A stretch of DNA of 64,000 bases from Parcubacteria group bacterium Gr01-1014_31 (GTDB taxonomy: Bacteria; Patescibacteriota; Patescibacteriia; Buchananbacterales; GWA2-38-13). The stretch is from contig VMFR01000004.1 in NCBI GenBank assembly GCA_007376135.1, forward strand, positions 21,745 through 85,744. The letters are read 5' to 3'. The position numbers were made by a program, and so were the translations under genes. Of the stretch, positions 56,056-64,000 are shown piece after piece (position 1 is the stretch's first letter; the number at the start of each line of letters is the position of its first letter). The notes under the pieces are model-generated. The model was not told where the DNA came from, searched no databases, and was given only the letters and a program-made list of their open reading frames with translations.

Positions 56056-57075
56056 TCACTGTACCCCGGTGACGATACCGGCATCACAAGGCCACACCGA
56101 GGGCTGCATTCTCTGAGCCTCCACACAGGTACCGATATAGGTATTCCAACGAAGCCCGTACTGGGATATCGATCGCGGATCGTACCATGAATAAAAATAG
56201 CTCTCGCAACTTTCCTGCTCGTTCCCAGTTGGTATTCGGAAACATTTTTGCCGCCCATAGAAAGAAGCGACCAGATCCGAAGCGCCGAACACATCCGTCT
56301 TGTCATTGGTTATTCCACAGCACGACTGGTTGTAAGGACCCAGCGAAATAACGCTCTGTGGGGTAGAATTGGCACCCTGGCAGGACCCATAATAATGCAT
56401 CTGGCTCATCGGTTTATTCCACTTCATATGGGTGGCCTGGCTCAGGAGAAATGGACTTGTACAACTGAAAGAATGCTGGGCATTGAACACACTAGCACCG
56501 TAGGTTCCCGCACCTGCCAACTGGCCGCAGACCATATTTTCGCAATTCTCAGGGGCACACGCCCCAATAACCCCTTGATCGGCAAACCCGGTAAAGCAAC
56601 AGCAGCCCGCATCGGCCAGCCCGGTCGGCCGCTTGGGCTGGATGGGTTGGAACACCACCAGCGCTGGGTTCACCGTTTGTAAAATAACGAACGAGGTCAT
56701 CGCCACCACCAGCCCGGTCAGCGCCGAGGTGATGTAGCTTTTGGCGTTCTCCACCCGCGAGGGGTTCCCGCCGGCGATGACCCATAAAAATCCGCCCACC
56801 ATCATCATGAAAATCGTCAAAAAAATGGACAGCCAGATGCCAAACCGGTAAATGGCCACCACGTAGTTACCCAGCAGGTTGGCGTTCACCACCTTATTGC
56901 CCTGGATCGCTCGGGCCTGCTCTGAACTGCCGGGAATTTGGACCTGGGCGTTGTAATTCAGCACCGGCGCGGATGCTTGCTGCCCCAGCGCGATGGCAGG
57001 CACCACGACCGCGACCAGCACCGCGACCAGCAGCACGGCGCGGATAACGACGGATGTTCTTTCTTTGGACAACAT
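56056..57075 (-). CDS. Exported protein with VirB2/TrbC-pilin-like topology (signal peptide, then two TM helices) fused to a ~190-aa cysteine-rich C-terminal domain
   Basis: Signal VLLVAVLVAVVVPAIALGQQA. TM1 GIWLSIFLTIFMMMVGGFLWVIA, loop GGNPSRVENAKSYI, TM2 TSALTGLVVAMTSFVILQTV. The C-terminal region contains a CCCF triplet and ~20 further Cys residues. Confidence 0.5.
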   Translation of the reverse strand: MLSKERTSVVIRAVLLVAVLVAVVVPAIALGQQASAPVLNYNAQVQIPGSSEQARAIQGNKVVNANLLGNYVVAIYRFGIWLSIFLTIFMMMVGGFLWVIAGGNPSRVENAKSYITSALTGLVVAMTSFVILQTVNPALVVFQPIQPKRPTGLADAGCCCFTGFADQGVIGACAPENCENMVCGQLAGAGTYGASVFNAQHSFSCTSPFLLSQATHMKWNKPMSQMHYYGSCQGANSTPQSVISLGPYNQSCCGITNDKTDVFGASDLVASFYGRQKCFRIPTGNEQESCESYFYSWYDPRSISQYGLRWNTYIGTCVEAQRMQPSVWPCDAGIVTGVQ

Positions 57076-57078
57076 AGG

Positions 57079-57798
57079 TTATGGCACCAGCGCGGCGGTG
57101 ATCGCCTGCTCAAGCTGCACCCTGGTCGGCAGCCCCGAAATCATATTTCCATTAATGAAATACGTCGGCGTCCCCTCCACCCCGGCCCGCACCCCGGCCC
57201 GCCAATCCTGCTCCACCGCCGTATAGGACGCGGGGTCAGCAAGGCACTGGGAGAAACGGGCTTCGTCAAGCTGCAGCTGCCGCGCATACTGGGGAAGATC
57301 AGCGGCGCGCAATCGCGCTTGGTTGGCAAAGAGGAGCTGGCGCATCTCCATGAATTTCCCCTGCAAATAGGCGCATTCCGCCGCGCGCGCGGCCGGAATG
57401 GCGTTGGGATGGGCGTCAGGGATTGGAAAATGTCGGAACACAAATCGAACTTTGCCTGCCCACGCCGGGTCGGCGGCTACCTGATCAACAATGGGGGCTG
57501 CCTCGCGGCAAAACGGGCATTCAAAATCGTAGAACTCGACGATCGTCACCGGTGCGTTCGCCGAACCCACGGATGGCCGGCCCTTCCCCTCGATCGGGTC
57601 GGCCCCGCGCGCCGCAGCCTCGGGCCGCGGCACACTCTCCTCACGAATTTGGCGCACGACCGCGAGCGTGAACGCTATCAGTATTGCCCCGGCAATGATT
57701 GCCGCCGCGACCCCGAACCGTTTCACCCAACGCCGCGGACGTCGGGGTGAAGACGTGGGGAAATCAGGGTAAGAAAAGGCCGAGTGGTCCATAGCCAT
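57079..57798 (-). CDS. DsbA-like thiol:disulfide oxidoreductase (thioredoxin fold), membrane-anchored
   Basis: CxxC active site FYDFECPFCRE. Signal-anchor VAAAIIAGAILIAFTLAVV. Start chosen at the internal ATG at 57798 (ORF-track start 57942 is TTG). Confidence 0.8.
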   Translation of the reverse strand: MAMDHSAFSYPDFPTSSPRRPRRWVKRFGVAAAIIAGAILIAFTLAVVRQIREESVPRPEAAARGADPIEGKGRPSVGSANAPVTIVEFYDFECPFCREAAPIVDQVAADPAWAGKVRFVFRHFPIPDAHPNAIPAARAAECAYLQGKFMEMRQLLFANQARLRAADLPQYARQLQLDEARFSQCLADPASYTAVEQDWRAGVRAGVEGTPTYFINGNMISGLPTRVQLEQAITAALVP

Positions 57799-58020
57799 CT
57801 GTGCGCCGTTCGCATCTTTACTATACCACAGGCAAGTACCAGGCGAAAAACCAGAGCCACTAAAATTCCTCGGGTTGCCTCCCGTATTGACATTGGCCAC
57901 GTTCTCTGGTATGGTTGCAATATTCCGCGCCACCGCCAGCAACGGCGGATAACGTGCGCACCCTCTGGACGATAGCGGACCGGACTGCTACCATCCTGGT
58001 ACCGCAAGTGCATTTTTTGT

Positions 58021-58338
58021 ATGAGCATTATTCCTATCATTCAATTTACAGCGGCGATCCTGCTGGTTGCCGCGATTCTCCTGCAGAGCCGCGGCACGGG
58101 TTTGGGCACGGCATTCGGCGGTGAAGGGAATATCTACCGCACCAAACGGGGATTGGAAAAATCCCTCTTTAAGGCGACCGTAGCGCTGGCCGTAGTGTTC
58201 CTGGGTGCGGCGCTTGCCAATACGCTGGCGAAACGCGACGGCGTCTCACTGCCCAACGTTGTCCCTGACGTGATGGACGTTGCCGCGTCACCGACCCCGA
58301 CCACGGCACCCGACCCAAGCCCTACCCCGACCCCATAA
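58021..58338 (+). CDS. secG: Preprotein translocase subunit SecG
   Basis: MSIIPIIQFTAAILLVAAILLQSRGTGLGTAFGG matches the typical SecG N-terminus. Two TM segments, 105 aa. Confidence 0.8.
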   Translation: MSIIPIIQFTAAILLVAAILLQSRGTGLGTAFGGEGNIYRTKRGLEKSLFKATVALAVVFLGAALANTLAKRDGVSLPNVVPDVMDVAASPTPTTAPDPSPTPTP

Positions 58339-58386
58339 ACCAAACTGGTACGGCCGTACATTGCCGGCCGCGCCGCCCCACCGTTC

Positions 58387-60354
58387 GTGCGTACCCTGAT
58401 CGCGTCGCTCCGCTGGCGGGTAAAAACCGCCTGGCACCGACTGACTGCCGCGCGGCGAAATCCGCCGGGGGTGGACGCTGCTGCCGCGCCTTCCGGCGTC
58501 GATTTGGACCAACAATTGGTGACCAAACTGTCGCGGCCGCAACGATTGACCCTAAGCCATCTTCGCCACCTGCCGCGGCTGCTCAACTCCCGGGAACGCC
58601 GTCAGGTCAACGCCTTGCTGATCCTCGCCCTCATCAGCTTGGCCTACTTGGGCTACCGCTGGTACGGACGCAACGTGGTCCAAATCCCGCTCCACCGGGG
58701 CAGTTATACGGAGGCGTTGGTGGGCGCACCGCAGTACCTTAACCCGCTGCTCCTCTCCACCAACGACGTCGACGCGGACATCGCGAGCCTATTGTTTGCC
58801 GGCTTGTTCCGCTACGACCGCCGCCTCACCCCGGTACCCGACCTAGCGGAAAGTTATACGACCAGCGAAGACGGCACTCGCTACGTCGTCAAACTCAAAC
58901 CCAACCTCCGCTGGCATGACGGCAACCCCGTCACCGCCGACGATGTCGTGTTCACCTTCACGAGCGCGCAGCTCCCCGAATTCAATAGCGCCCTGCGCCA
59001 CAGCCTGAGCGGCGTGAAGGTGAGCACAACCGGCGAACGCGAGGTCACATTCCAACTGCCGGAACGGCATGAACGATTCCTCGATCTGCTGACGACCGGG
59101 CTTTTGCCCGAGCACCTCTGGGGAGAGATCCCGCCGATCCACGCCACCCTCAACGAGTACAATCTGAACAATCCGATCGGCGCGGGCGCCTGGCGGTTCA
59201 AATCACTGACCAAGGACCGCCACGGCAACATCAAATCATACACCCTGGTGCCGTTCATCGATGCGGCGGGATCCAAACCCTACCTGCAGGAGATCACGTT
59301 CAAATTTTACGCCGACTACACCGACGCAGTGGCCGCGTTGAATAACCGTTCCGTGGATGGCGTCGGGTTCCTCCCCGTGAAAGAGGAAGGCGCGATCACC
59401 GATCCGCAGGTGAAGCGCTACCCCTTGGCCCTGCCGCAGTATACGGCGATCTTTTTCAACCCGAACGAGCAACCCGCGCTGAAGGAAAAGAATATTCGCC
59501 TGGCGCTCGCGCATGCGGTCGACCGGGCCAAGATCCTCAGCGAGGCGTTGAACCTGCGCGGCGAACCGGCCATTGGACCGCTCCTGCCGACCGCCCCGGG
59601 GTTCGACCCGGACCTCAAAGCGCCGGCCTACGACCAGGCCGCGGCGGCGCAGCTCTTGGATGACGCGGGATGGACGCGCCTGGAAAGTTCGGCCTACCGC
59701 GAACTGCTCGCGGCGACCAGCACCGCGACCACCACCCCCGCCACGGCGCCATCGGATACCACCACGACCGCGGCGGCGCCCGAAACCGCGAAAGAAGCAA
59801 CCGACCCCCAGCCCTATTACCGCCGTAACAAGGCCGGGACCATCCTGGAACTTGCGCTCACGACCGTCGACCGTCCCGAGAACGTTTCGGTGAGCGAGCT
59901 GGTTGCCAACGCCTGGCGCGCCATTGGCGTCAAGGTAGTGGTCAACCTCGTGCCGCCGCGACTGATCGCCCGCGAGGTCCTCAAACCGCGCGCCTACCAG
60001 GCGTTACTGTACGGCGAGGCGATCGGCGCCGACCCCGATCCGTACCCGTTCTGGCACTCGTCGCAAGCGGCCGACCCGGGGCTGAATCTCGCGCTGTTTG
60101 CCAACCGCCAGGCCGACAAGCTGCTGGAGGAAGCGCGGGCGGCCAGCGACAGCGAGGGTCGGGCGCTGAAATACCGAGAATTCGCCAATCTCATTGCCGC
60201 GGAAACGCCAGCCGTCTTCCTCTACATCCCGAATGCCACTTACGCGCTCCACGGAAAAATCAAAGGATTCACCATCAAACAAATTCTGCTGCCGCAGGAC
60301 CGGTTTCTCAACCTCCCCGAATGGTATGTAGCGACCGGCCGGCGCCTTCGCTAG
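58387..60354 (+). CDS. ABC transporter substrate-binding protein, family 5 (peptide/nickel type), N-terminally membrane-anchored
   Basis: 655 aa. GTG start at 58387. TM RQVNALLILALISLAYLGY. The SBP_bac_5-like core spans ~400 aa (LRWHDGNPVTADDVVFTF... through ...DPDPYPFWHSSQA). Confidence 0.7.
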   Translation: MRTLIASLRWRVKTAWHRLTAARRNPPGVDAAAAPSGVDLDQQLVTKLSRPQRLTLSHLRHLPRLLNSRERRQVNALLILALISLAYLGYRWYGRNVVQIPLHRGSYTEALVGAPQYLNPLLLSTNDVDADIASLLFAGLFRYDRRLTPVPDLAESYTTSEDGTRYVVKLKPNLRWHDGNPVTADDVVFTFTSAQLPEFNSALRHSLSGVKVSTTGEREVTFQLPERHERFLDLLTTGLLPEHLWGEIPPIHATLNEYNLNNPIGAGAWRFKSLTKDRHGNIKSYTLVPFIDAAGSKPYLQEITFKFYADYTDAVAALNNRSVDGVGFLPVKEEGAITDPQVKRYPLALPQYTAIFFNPNEQPALKEKNIRLALAHAVDRAKILSEALNLRGEPAIGPLLPTAPGFDPDLKAPAYDQAAAAQLLDDAGWTRLESSAYRELLAATSTATTTPATAPSDTTTTAAAPETAKEATDPQPYYRRNKAGTILELALTTVDRPENVSVSELVANAWRAIGVKVVVNLVPPRLIAREVLKPRAYQALLYGEAIGADPDPYPFWHSSQAADPGLNLALFANRQADKLLEEARAASDSEGRALKYREFANLIAAETPAVFLYIPNATYALHGKIKGFTIKQILLPQDRFLNLPEWYVATGRRLR

Positions 60355-60394
60355 CTGCGGAGGCGGAGGGACAACACGATGACGTCCTTTCAAA

Positions 60395-60783
60395 TTTCTG
60401 CTGCAGAACCGCGACGATTCAGCCCGGGTGGTAGAATTGGTAGATTCACCCCACACCTTTAGCCCCTTCAAAAAATATCCGACGCACAATTAGTAAATCA
60501 TCAAGCCGCGGTGGTGGAATTGGTAGACACGCATGGTTCAGGGCCATGTGATCGCAAGGTCGTGAGAGTTCGAGTCTCTCCCGCGGCAATTATCGTTGGA
60601 TATCGTCATGATAGGGGCTAAAGGTGTGGGGCAAGCGTCCCGCCAACGGCGGGATGATCGCAAGGTCGTGAGAGTTTCCCGCCACCGAGATTCCCCACAT
60701 TAATGGACGGCGGGACCCCGCCAACGGCGGTGGCGAGTCTCTCCCCGGGCATATCCCAACTTCTGCAGCAGAAATTTGAAAGG
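60395..60783 (+). repeat. Inverted-repeat-bounded tRNA cassette: 24-bp perfect outer inverted repeats and ~19-bp inner inverted repeats enclose tRNA-Leu(CAG), which is nested inside a split tRNA-Leu-like pseudogene
   Basis: Outer repeats are tcctttcaaatttctgctgcagaa (60395-60418) and ttctgcagcagaaatttgaaagga (60760-60783). Inner repeats are ccccacacctttagcccct (60446-60464) and aggggctaaaggtgtgggg (60612-60630). There is a pseudo 5' half GCCCGGGTGGTAGAATTGGTAGATTCACC (60420-60448) and pseudo 3' pieces gatcgcaaggtcgtgagagtt (60655-60675) and cgagtctctccccgggca (60734-60751). Confidence 0.6.
60505..60588 (+). tRNA. tRNA-Leu (anticodon CAG)
   Basis: GCCGCGGTGGTGGAATTGGTAGACACGCATGGTTCAGGGCCATGTGATCGCAAGGTCGTGAGAGTTCGAGTCTCTCCCGCGGCA has anticodon loop TTCAGGG, a long variable arm and T-loop TTCGAGT. 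Confidence 0.85.
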
Positions 60784-60996
60784 AAATCACAACCTCGCAG
60801 CACGCACGGCACGATCGGCGCATGCGGAGTACCGTCGTGCCCGCCCTCCTGACGTTAGCGCACCGGGCGACCTCGATCCGCGCGCTCCTCATCCCGCCAC
60901 CCTCACTTTATCTCGTCGGCGCTTTGACGCCGGCACGCTCACCCGACAATTAATCAATCCGAATACTTCGAGGCGATTTCGCCTCGCCAAACCGTT

Positions 60997-62805
60997 ATGG
61001 TTGTCAAACACACACCGGCGCGTCCTGACGTAACGTCAGGAGCGCGTCCATCGTCGTCGCGGCCTCCGCGGCGGCGCGATCGCCGTCCTTCCCGCCCCGT
61101 GGCGGTCAGTGCGGCACCACACCCGAAAATCGCTCCCGTTGCCAGCGATACGCTGCGCATCATCCCCCTCGGCGGCCAGGAAGAGGTCGGCCGCAACTGC
61201 ACCGTATTCGAATACGGTAACGACATCATCGTGCTGGACATGGGGTTGCAGTTCCCCGAGGAAGACATGCCGGGGATCGACTACATCATCCCCAACATGA
61301 ACTACCTGAAGGGGAAAGAGCGCAACATCCGCGCCGTCATCCTCAGCCATGGCCACCTCGACCACATCGGCGCCGCCCCTCACCTCCTGCCCCAGCTGGG
61401 CTGGCCGCCGGTCTACGCCAGCAAACTGACGCTGGCGCTGGTGCGCAAACGCCTCGAGGAATCCCATCTGACCCAGCAACTCAAGGCCCACGAGATCAAA
61501 TCCAGCCGCGAGCAGTTCCAATTCGGTAAGCTGCGCGTGAATTTTTTCGATGTTACCCACTCCATCATGGACGCGATGGGCGTCGTAGTCAGCACGCCCG
61601 ACCTGTCGGTCATCCACATGGGCGACTGGCGCTATGACCTGGACCCGGTGGAGGGCCGTCCCACCGACTTCTCGGCGCTGGCCCGCTGGAACACCAAGCA
61701 GCGACCCAGTCTCCTAATGATGGAAAGCCTCGGTTCGACCAAAGAAGGCCACCAAGGCTCCGAACGCGAGGTCTTTGAAACCATCCGCCGCATCGTGACC
61801 AACGCCAAAGGCCGCGTCATCATCGGCACGTTCTCCTCGATGCTGGAGCGCGTCGGACAGATCATCCGCATTGCGGAGGAAACCGGTCGCAAAGTCGCGC
61901 TCGACGGCTTCTCGATGAAGACCAACGTCGAGATCGGCAAACGCATCGGTTACCTGCGCTTCCGCCCGCAGACGCTCATCGACATTTCCCGCATCCACGA
62001 CTACCCGAAGAATCGGGTGGTAGTGATCTGCACGGGCGCCCAGGGCGAGGACCGGGCGGTGCTGATGCGCATTGCCACCGGCGAACACCGCCACGTCAAG
62101 GTGGAACCGCAGGACACCATCGTCTTTTCCTCTTCCATCATCCCGGGCAACGAGCGCACCATCCAGCGCCTCAAGGATACGCTCTACCGCCAAGGCGCCG
62201 AGGTCTACCACAAGGAGATCATGGACGTGCACGCCGGCGGCCATGCGTTCATCGAGGACATCAAACTGTTGCTGCGACAGGTCAACCCCACCTACCTGAC
62301 GCCGGTGTACGCCAACCACTACCTGCTGCGCGAGGCGACCAAGGTTGCCAAGTCGATCGGTTTCCCCGAAGAGCATATCTTCCTACTGGATAACGGCTCG
62401 ATCCTCGAGATCCGCGGCAACCGCTTGCGGGTGCTGCCCGAAAAGGTGCCGACCAACTACGTCTTTGTCGACGGGCTGGGCGTGGGCGACGTATCGCACG
62501 TCGTGCTGCGCGACCGCCAGATGATGGCGGAGGACGGCATGATCGTGGTCATCGCCACCATCGACGAACGCCGCGGCCGGCTGGTGCACAATCCCGATCT
62601 CATCTCCCGCGGGTTCGTCCACATGAAGGAAAACCGCAAGCTCATCGAGCAGACGCGCGCCAAGGTCAAGCAGATATTTGCGGGCAACCTCAAGGAAATG
62701 GACGAGAATTTCTACCGGGACAAGATCCGCAATGAGGTCGGCGAATTCCTCTACCAAAAAACGCAGCGCCGCCCGATGGTCCTCCCGGTCATCATCCAGG
62801 TGTAA
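60997..62805 (+). CDS. rnj: Ribonuclease J (metallo-beta-lactamase / beta-CASP)
   Basis: IIPLGGQEEVGRNCTVFEYGNDIIVLDMGLQFPE and HGHLDHIG motifs, beta-CASP and C-terminal domain. The annotated ATG at 60997 adds a ~55-aa Arg/Pro/Ser-rich extension containing a 13-bp palindrome, so the true start may be downstream (e.g. GTG ~61100). Confidence 0.85.
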   Translation: MVVKHTPARPDVTSGARPSSSRPPRRRDRRPSRPVAVSAAPHPKIAPVASDTLRIIPLGGQEEVGRNCTVFEYGNDIIVLDMGLQFPEEDMPGIDYIIPNMNYLKGKERNIRAVILSHGHLDHIGAAPHLLPQLGWPPVYASKLTLALVRKRLEESHLTQQLKAHEIKSSREQFQFGKLRVNFFDVTHSIMDAMGVVVSTPDLSVIHMGDWRYDLDPVEGRPTDFSALARWNTKQRPSLLMMESLGSTKEGHQGSEREVFETIRRIVTNAKGRVIIGTFSSMLERVGQIIRIAEETGRKVALDGFSMKTNVEIGKRIGYLRFRPQTLIDISRIHDYPKNRVVVICTGAQGEDRAVLMRIATGEHRHVKVEPQDTIVFSSSIIPGNERTIQRLKDTLYRQGAEVYHKEIMDVHAGGHAFIEDIKLLLRQVNPTYLTPVYANHYLLREATKVAKSIGFPEEHIFLLDNGSILEIRGNRLRVLPEKVPTNYVFVDGLGVGDVSHVVLRDRQMMAEDGMIVVIATIDERRGRLVHNPDLISRGFVHMKENRKLIEQTRAKVKQIFAGNLKEMDENFYRDKIRNEVGEFLYQKTQRRPMVLPVIIQV

Positions 62806-62813
62806 AAAAACAA

Positions 62814-62848
62814 TTGACCATGAACAATTGACAATTAACATTGAGACG
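62814..62848 (+). promoter_or_regulatory. TTGACNN heptad array (5 units) immediately after the rnj stop. Distal half of the third heptad-array pair.
   Basis: TTGACCA TGAACAA TTGACAA TTAACAT TGAGACG. Confidence 0.4.
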
Positions 62849-62985
62849 GCAGAAAAATGAGTGAAAAGTCAAAAAATGTAGTCTTCGAGCTGGTCGAGAA
62901 GCTACATTTCGGCCAACTTCTCGACTCGTCCGCCTGCGGCGGACTCGCTCGAAGTATAAAAAATCCTTTTTCTACAGTCTCAACC

Positions 62986-63051
62986 TTTGACCTCTGACTG
63001 CGGTCAAGGGTCGCAAGTCAAATGTCAACGGTCAACGGTCAACGGTCAAAT
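62986..63051 (+). promoter_or_regulatory. GTCAANN heptad array, including a perfect (GTCAACG)x3, overlapping the annotated start of the ligase-like gene
   Basis: TTGACCT CTGACTG ... GTCAAGG GTCGCAA GTCAAAT GTCAACG GTCAACG GTCAACG GTCAAAT. Confidence 0.5.
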
Positions 63052-64000
63052 CCTACTCCCTGGCTCCGCCTGGCCGAACTTGGCGTGCTGGCCGGGGCGC
63101 TCACGCCGCTGGCGTTCAGCAGCCACTTCATGTACCCGCTGGTGTTCCCGCGGGTCATGATCTTCCGCGCCATCGCGGTCCTGACCGTACTGGCGTGGTT
63201 CGCGGCATCCCGTCGCGACCCCGGGCTGCGCATTGACTTCCGCTCCCCGCTGGCTTCGGCGTGGCTCGGCTTCCTCGGCGTGCAAACGATCGCCGGCATC
63301 CTCGGAGTGAACCCGTACGCGAGTTTTGCCTCCAGCATCAGCCGGGGTGATGGGATCATCACCCTCGCCCATCTGGTGGCATTCGGGCTCGTGGCAACGG
63401 CGCTCCTGCGCGACCCGCAACGCCGGCAGCGGTTGTTCACCGCAGTTATTGGCATGCTCGCTCTCCAGGCGGTGCTGGGGCTGGCACAAACGCTCCGCTT
63501 GCCCGCGGTACCGCTGTTTGGCAGCGACCGTCCCACGGGCCTGACCGGCAACCCTTCCTACTTCGCCACGCTGATGATCTTTGGCATTTGGCTGCCGTTC
63601 GCGCTCTCGGTCCTGCCCGCAGCTGCGGCAAACCGAGAACGCCTGCGCCAAGTTGCCTACTACGCCGTTACCACCCTCTGCGCACTCGCACTTTGGCTGA
63701 CGCAAATCCGCGGCGCCATCCTCGCGACGCTGGCCGTCGGGGTCGTGGTTCTGGCCTACGCCGTTCGTCGGGCGAAAACCCCCGTTCTGCGAAAACGCGC
63801 CGGTGTGGCGCTGGCAACGCTGTCGGTCATCATCGCCGGTGCTTGGGTTGCCCGCAATACGGCGCTCGTGGCCTGGGACCGCACGCTCAAACGCGTTAGT
63901 GAAACGACGCTCTCGGCCATCACCGTCCAAAACCGCCTGATGACCTGGGGCGCAGGGCTGCAGGCTTTCCGCGAACACCCGTTCCTGGGTTGGGGACCGG
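63025..64000 (+). CDS. O-antigen ligase / O-antigen polymerase-like (Wzy_C) polytopic membrane protein. The 3' end runs off the window.
   Basis: Multiple TM helices. RPTGLTGNPSYFATLM (NPxY-type loop motif) and C-terminal WGAGLQAFREHPFLGWGP. The ATG at 63025 lies inside the heptad array, so the true start may be the in-frame GTG at 63088. Not in the ORF track because there is no stop inside the window. Confidence 0.7.

Noticed and set aside
63046-63978. 310-aa minus-strand ORF at the right edge
   Set aside because: It is the antisense shadow of the plus-strand O-antigen-ligase-like gene (63025..>64000), which has clear TM helices and Wzy_C-type motifs.
1-64000. CRISPR arrays, rRNA genes, integrase or transposase genes
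   Set aside because: No array of regularly spaced direct repeats with unique spacers was found. No rRNA-like conserved stretches, tyrosine or serine recombinase genes, or DDE transposase genes are recognisable. The tRNA-associated islets therefore lack their own integrase.

Overview
This is a high-GC (~63-65%) bacterial chromosomal segment with Gram-positive-like, small-genome (possibly CPR/Patescibacteria-like) characteristics. The lineage assignment is an inference from gene content only.

Recognisable housekeeping genes include LemA, HtpX, a ClpC-type AAA+ chaperone, a TolB-like beta-propeller protein, RadA, RecG, a PlsC-like acyltransferase, HPF, ComFC, KsgA/RsmA, TsaC/Sua5, FemAB, LeuRS, UvrA, DsbA, SecG, a family-5 ABC substrate-binding protein, RNase J and an O-antigen-ligase-like protein. 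There are four tRNAs (Arg, Ser-TGA, Ser-GCT, Leu-CAG).

The most striking feature is a ~26-kb co-directional minus-strand gene block (17.7-43.4 kb). It encodes a VirB4-like ATPase, a PrgI/VirB3-like protein, a 2,58x-aa protein with a VirB6/TrbL-like polytopic N-domain fused to >1,000 aa of coiled coil, a 3,248-aa cysteine-rich secreted giant protein, and several membrane-anchored unknowns. Gene junctions overlap (ATGA), and no VirD4, VirB11 or relaxase is present. I interpret this as a minimal T4SS-like surface or secretion apparatus.

Other notable structures:
- Heptad-periodic TTGACNN/GTCAANN arrays abut the start codons of htpX, clpC and the ligase-like gene.
- Two low-GC micro-islets (a DUF4238-like gene and a GIY-YIG gene) are inserted at tRNA-Ser genes and flanked by duplicated tRNA 3' ends.
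- tRNA-Arg and tRNA-Leu sit inside a shared inverted-repeat family, with tRNA-Leu nested in a disrupted tRNA-Leu-like copy.
- The uvrA 5' end is duplicated around an inserted inverted-repeat-bearing segment.

The leftmost gene (beta-helix protein, minus strand) and rightmost gene (ligase-like, plus strand) run off the window edges, so they are absent from the ORF track.
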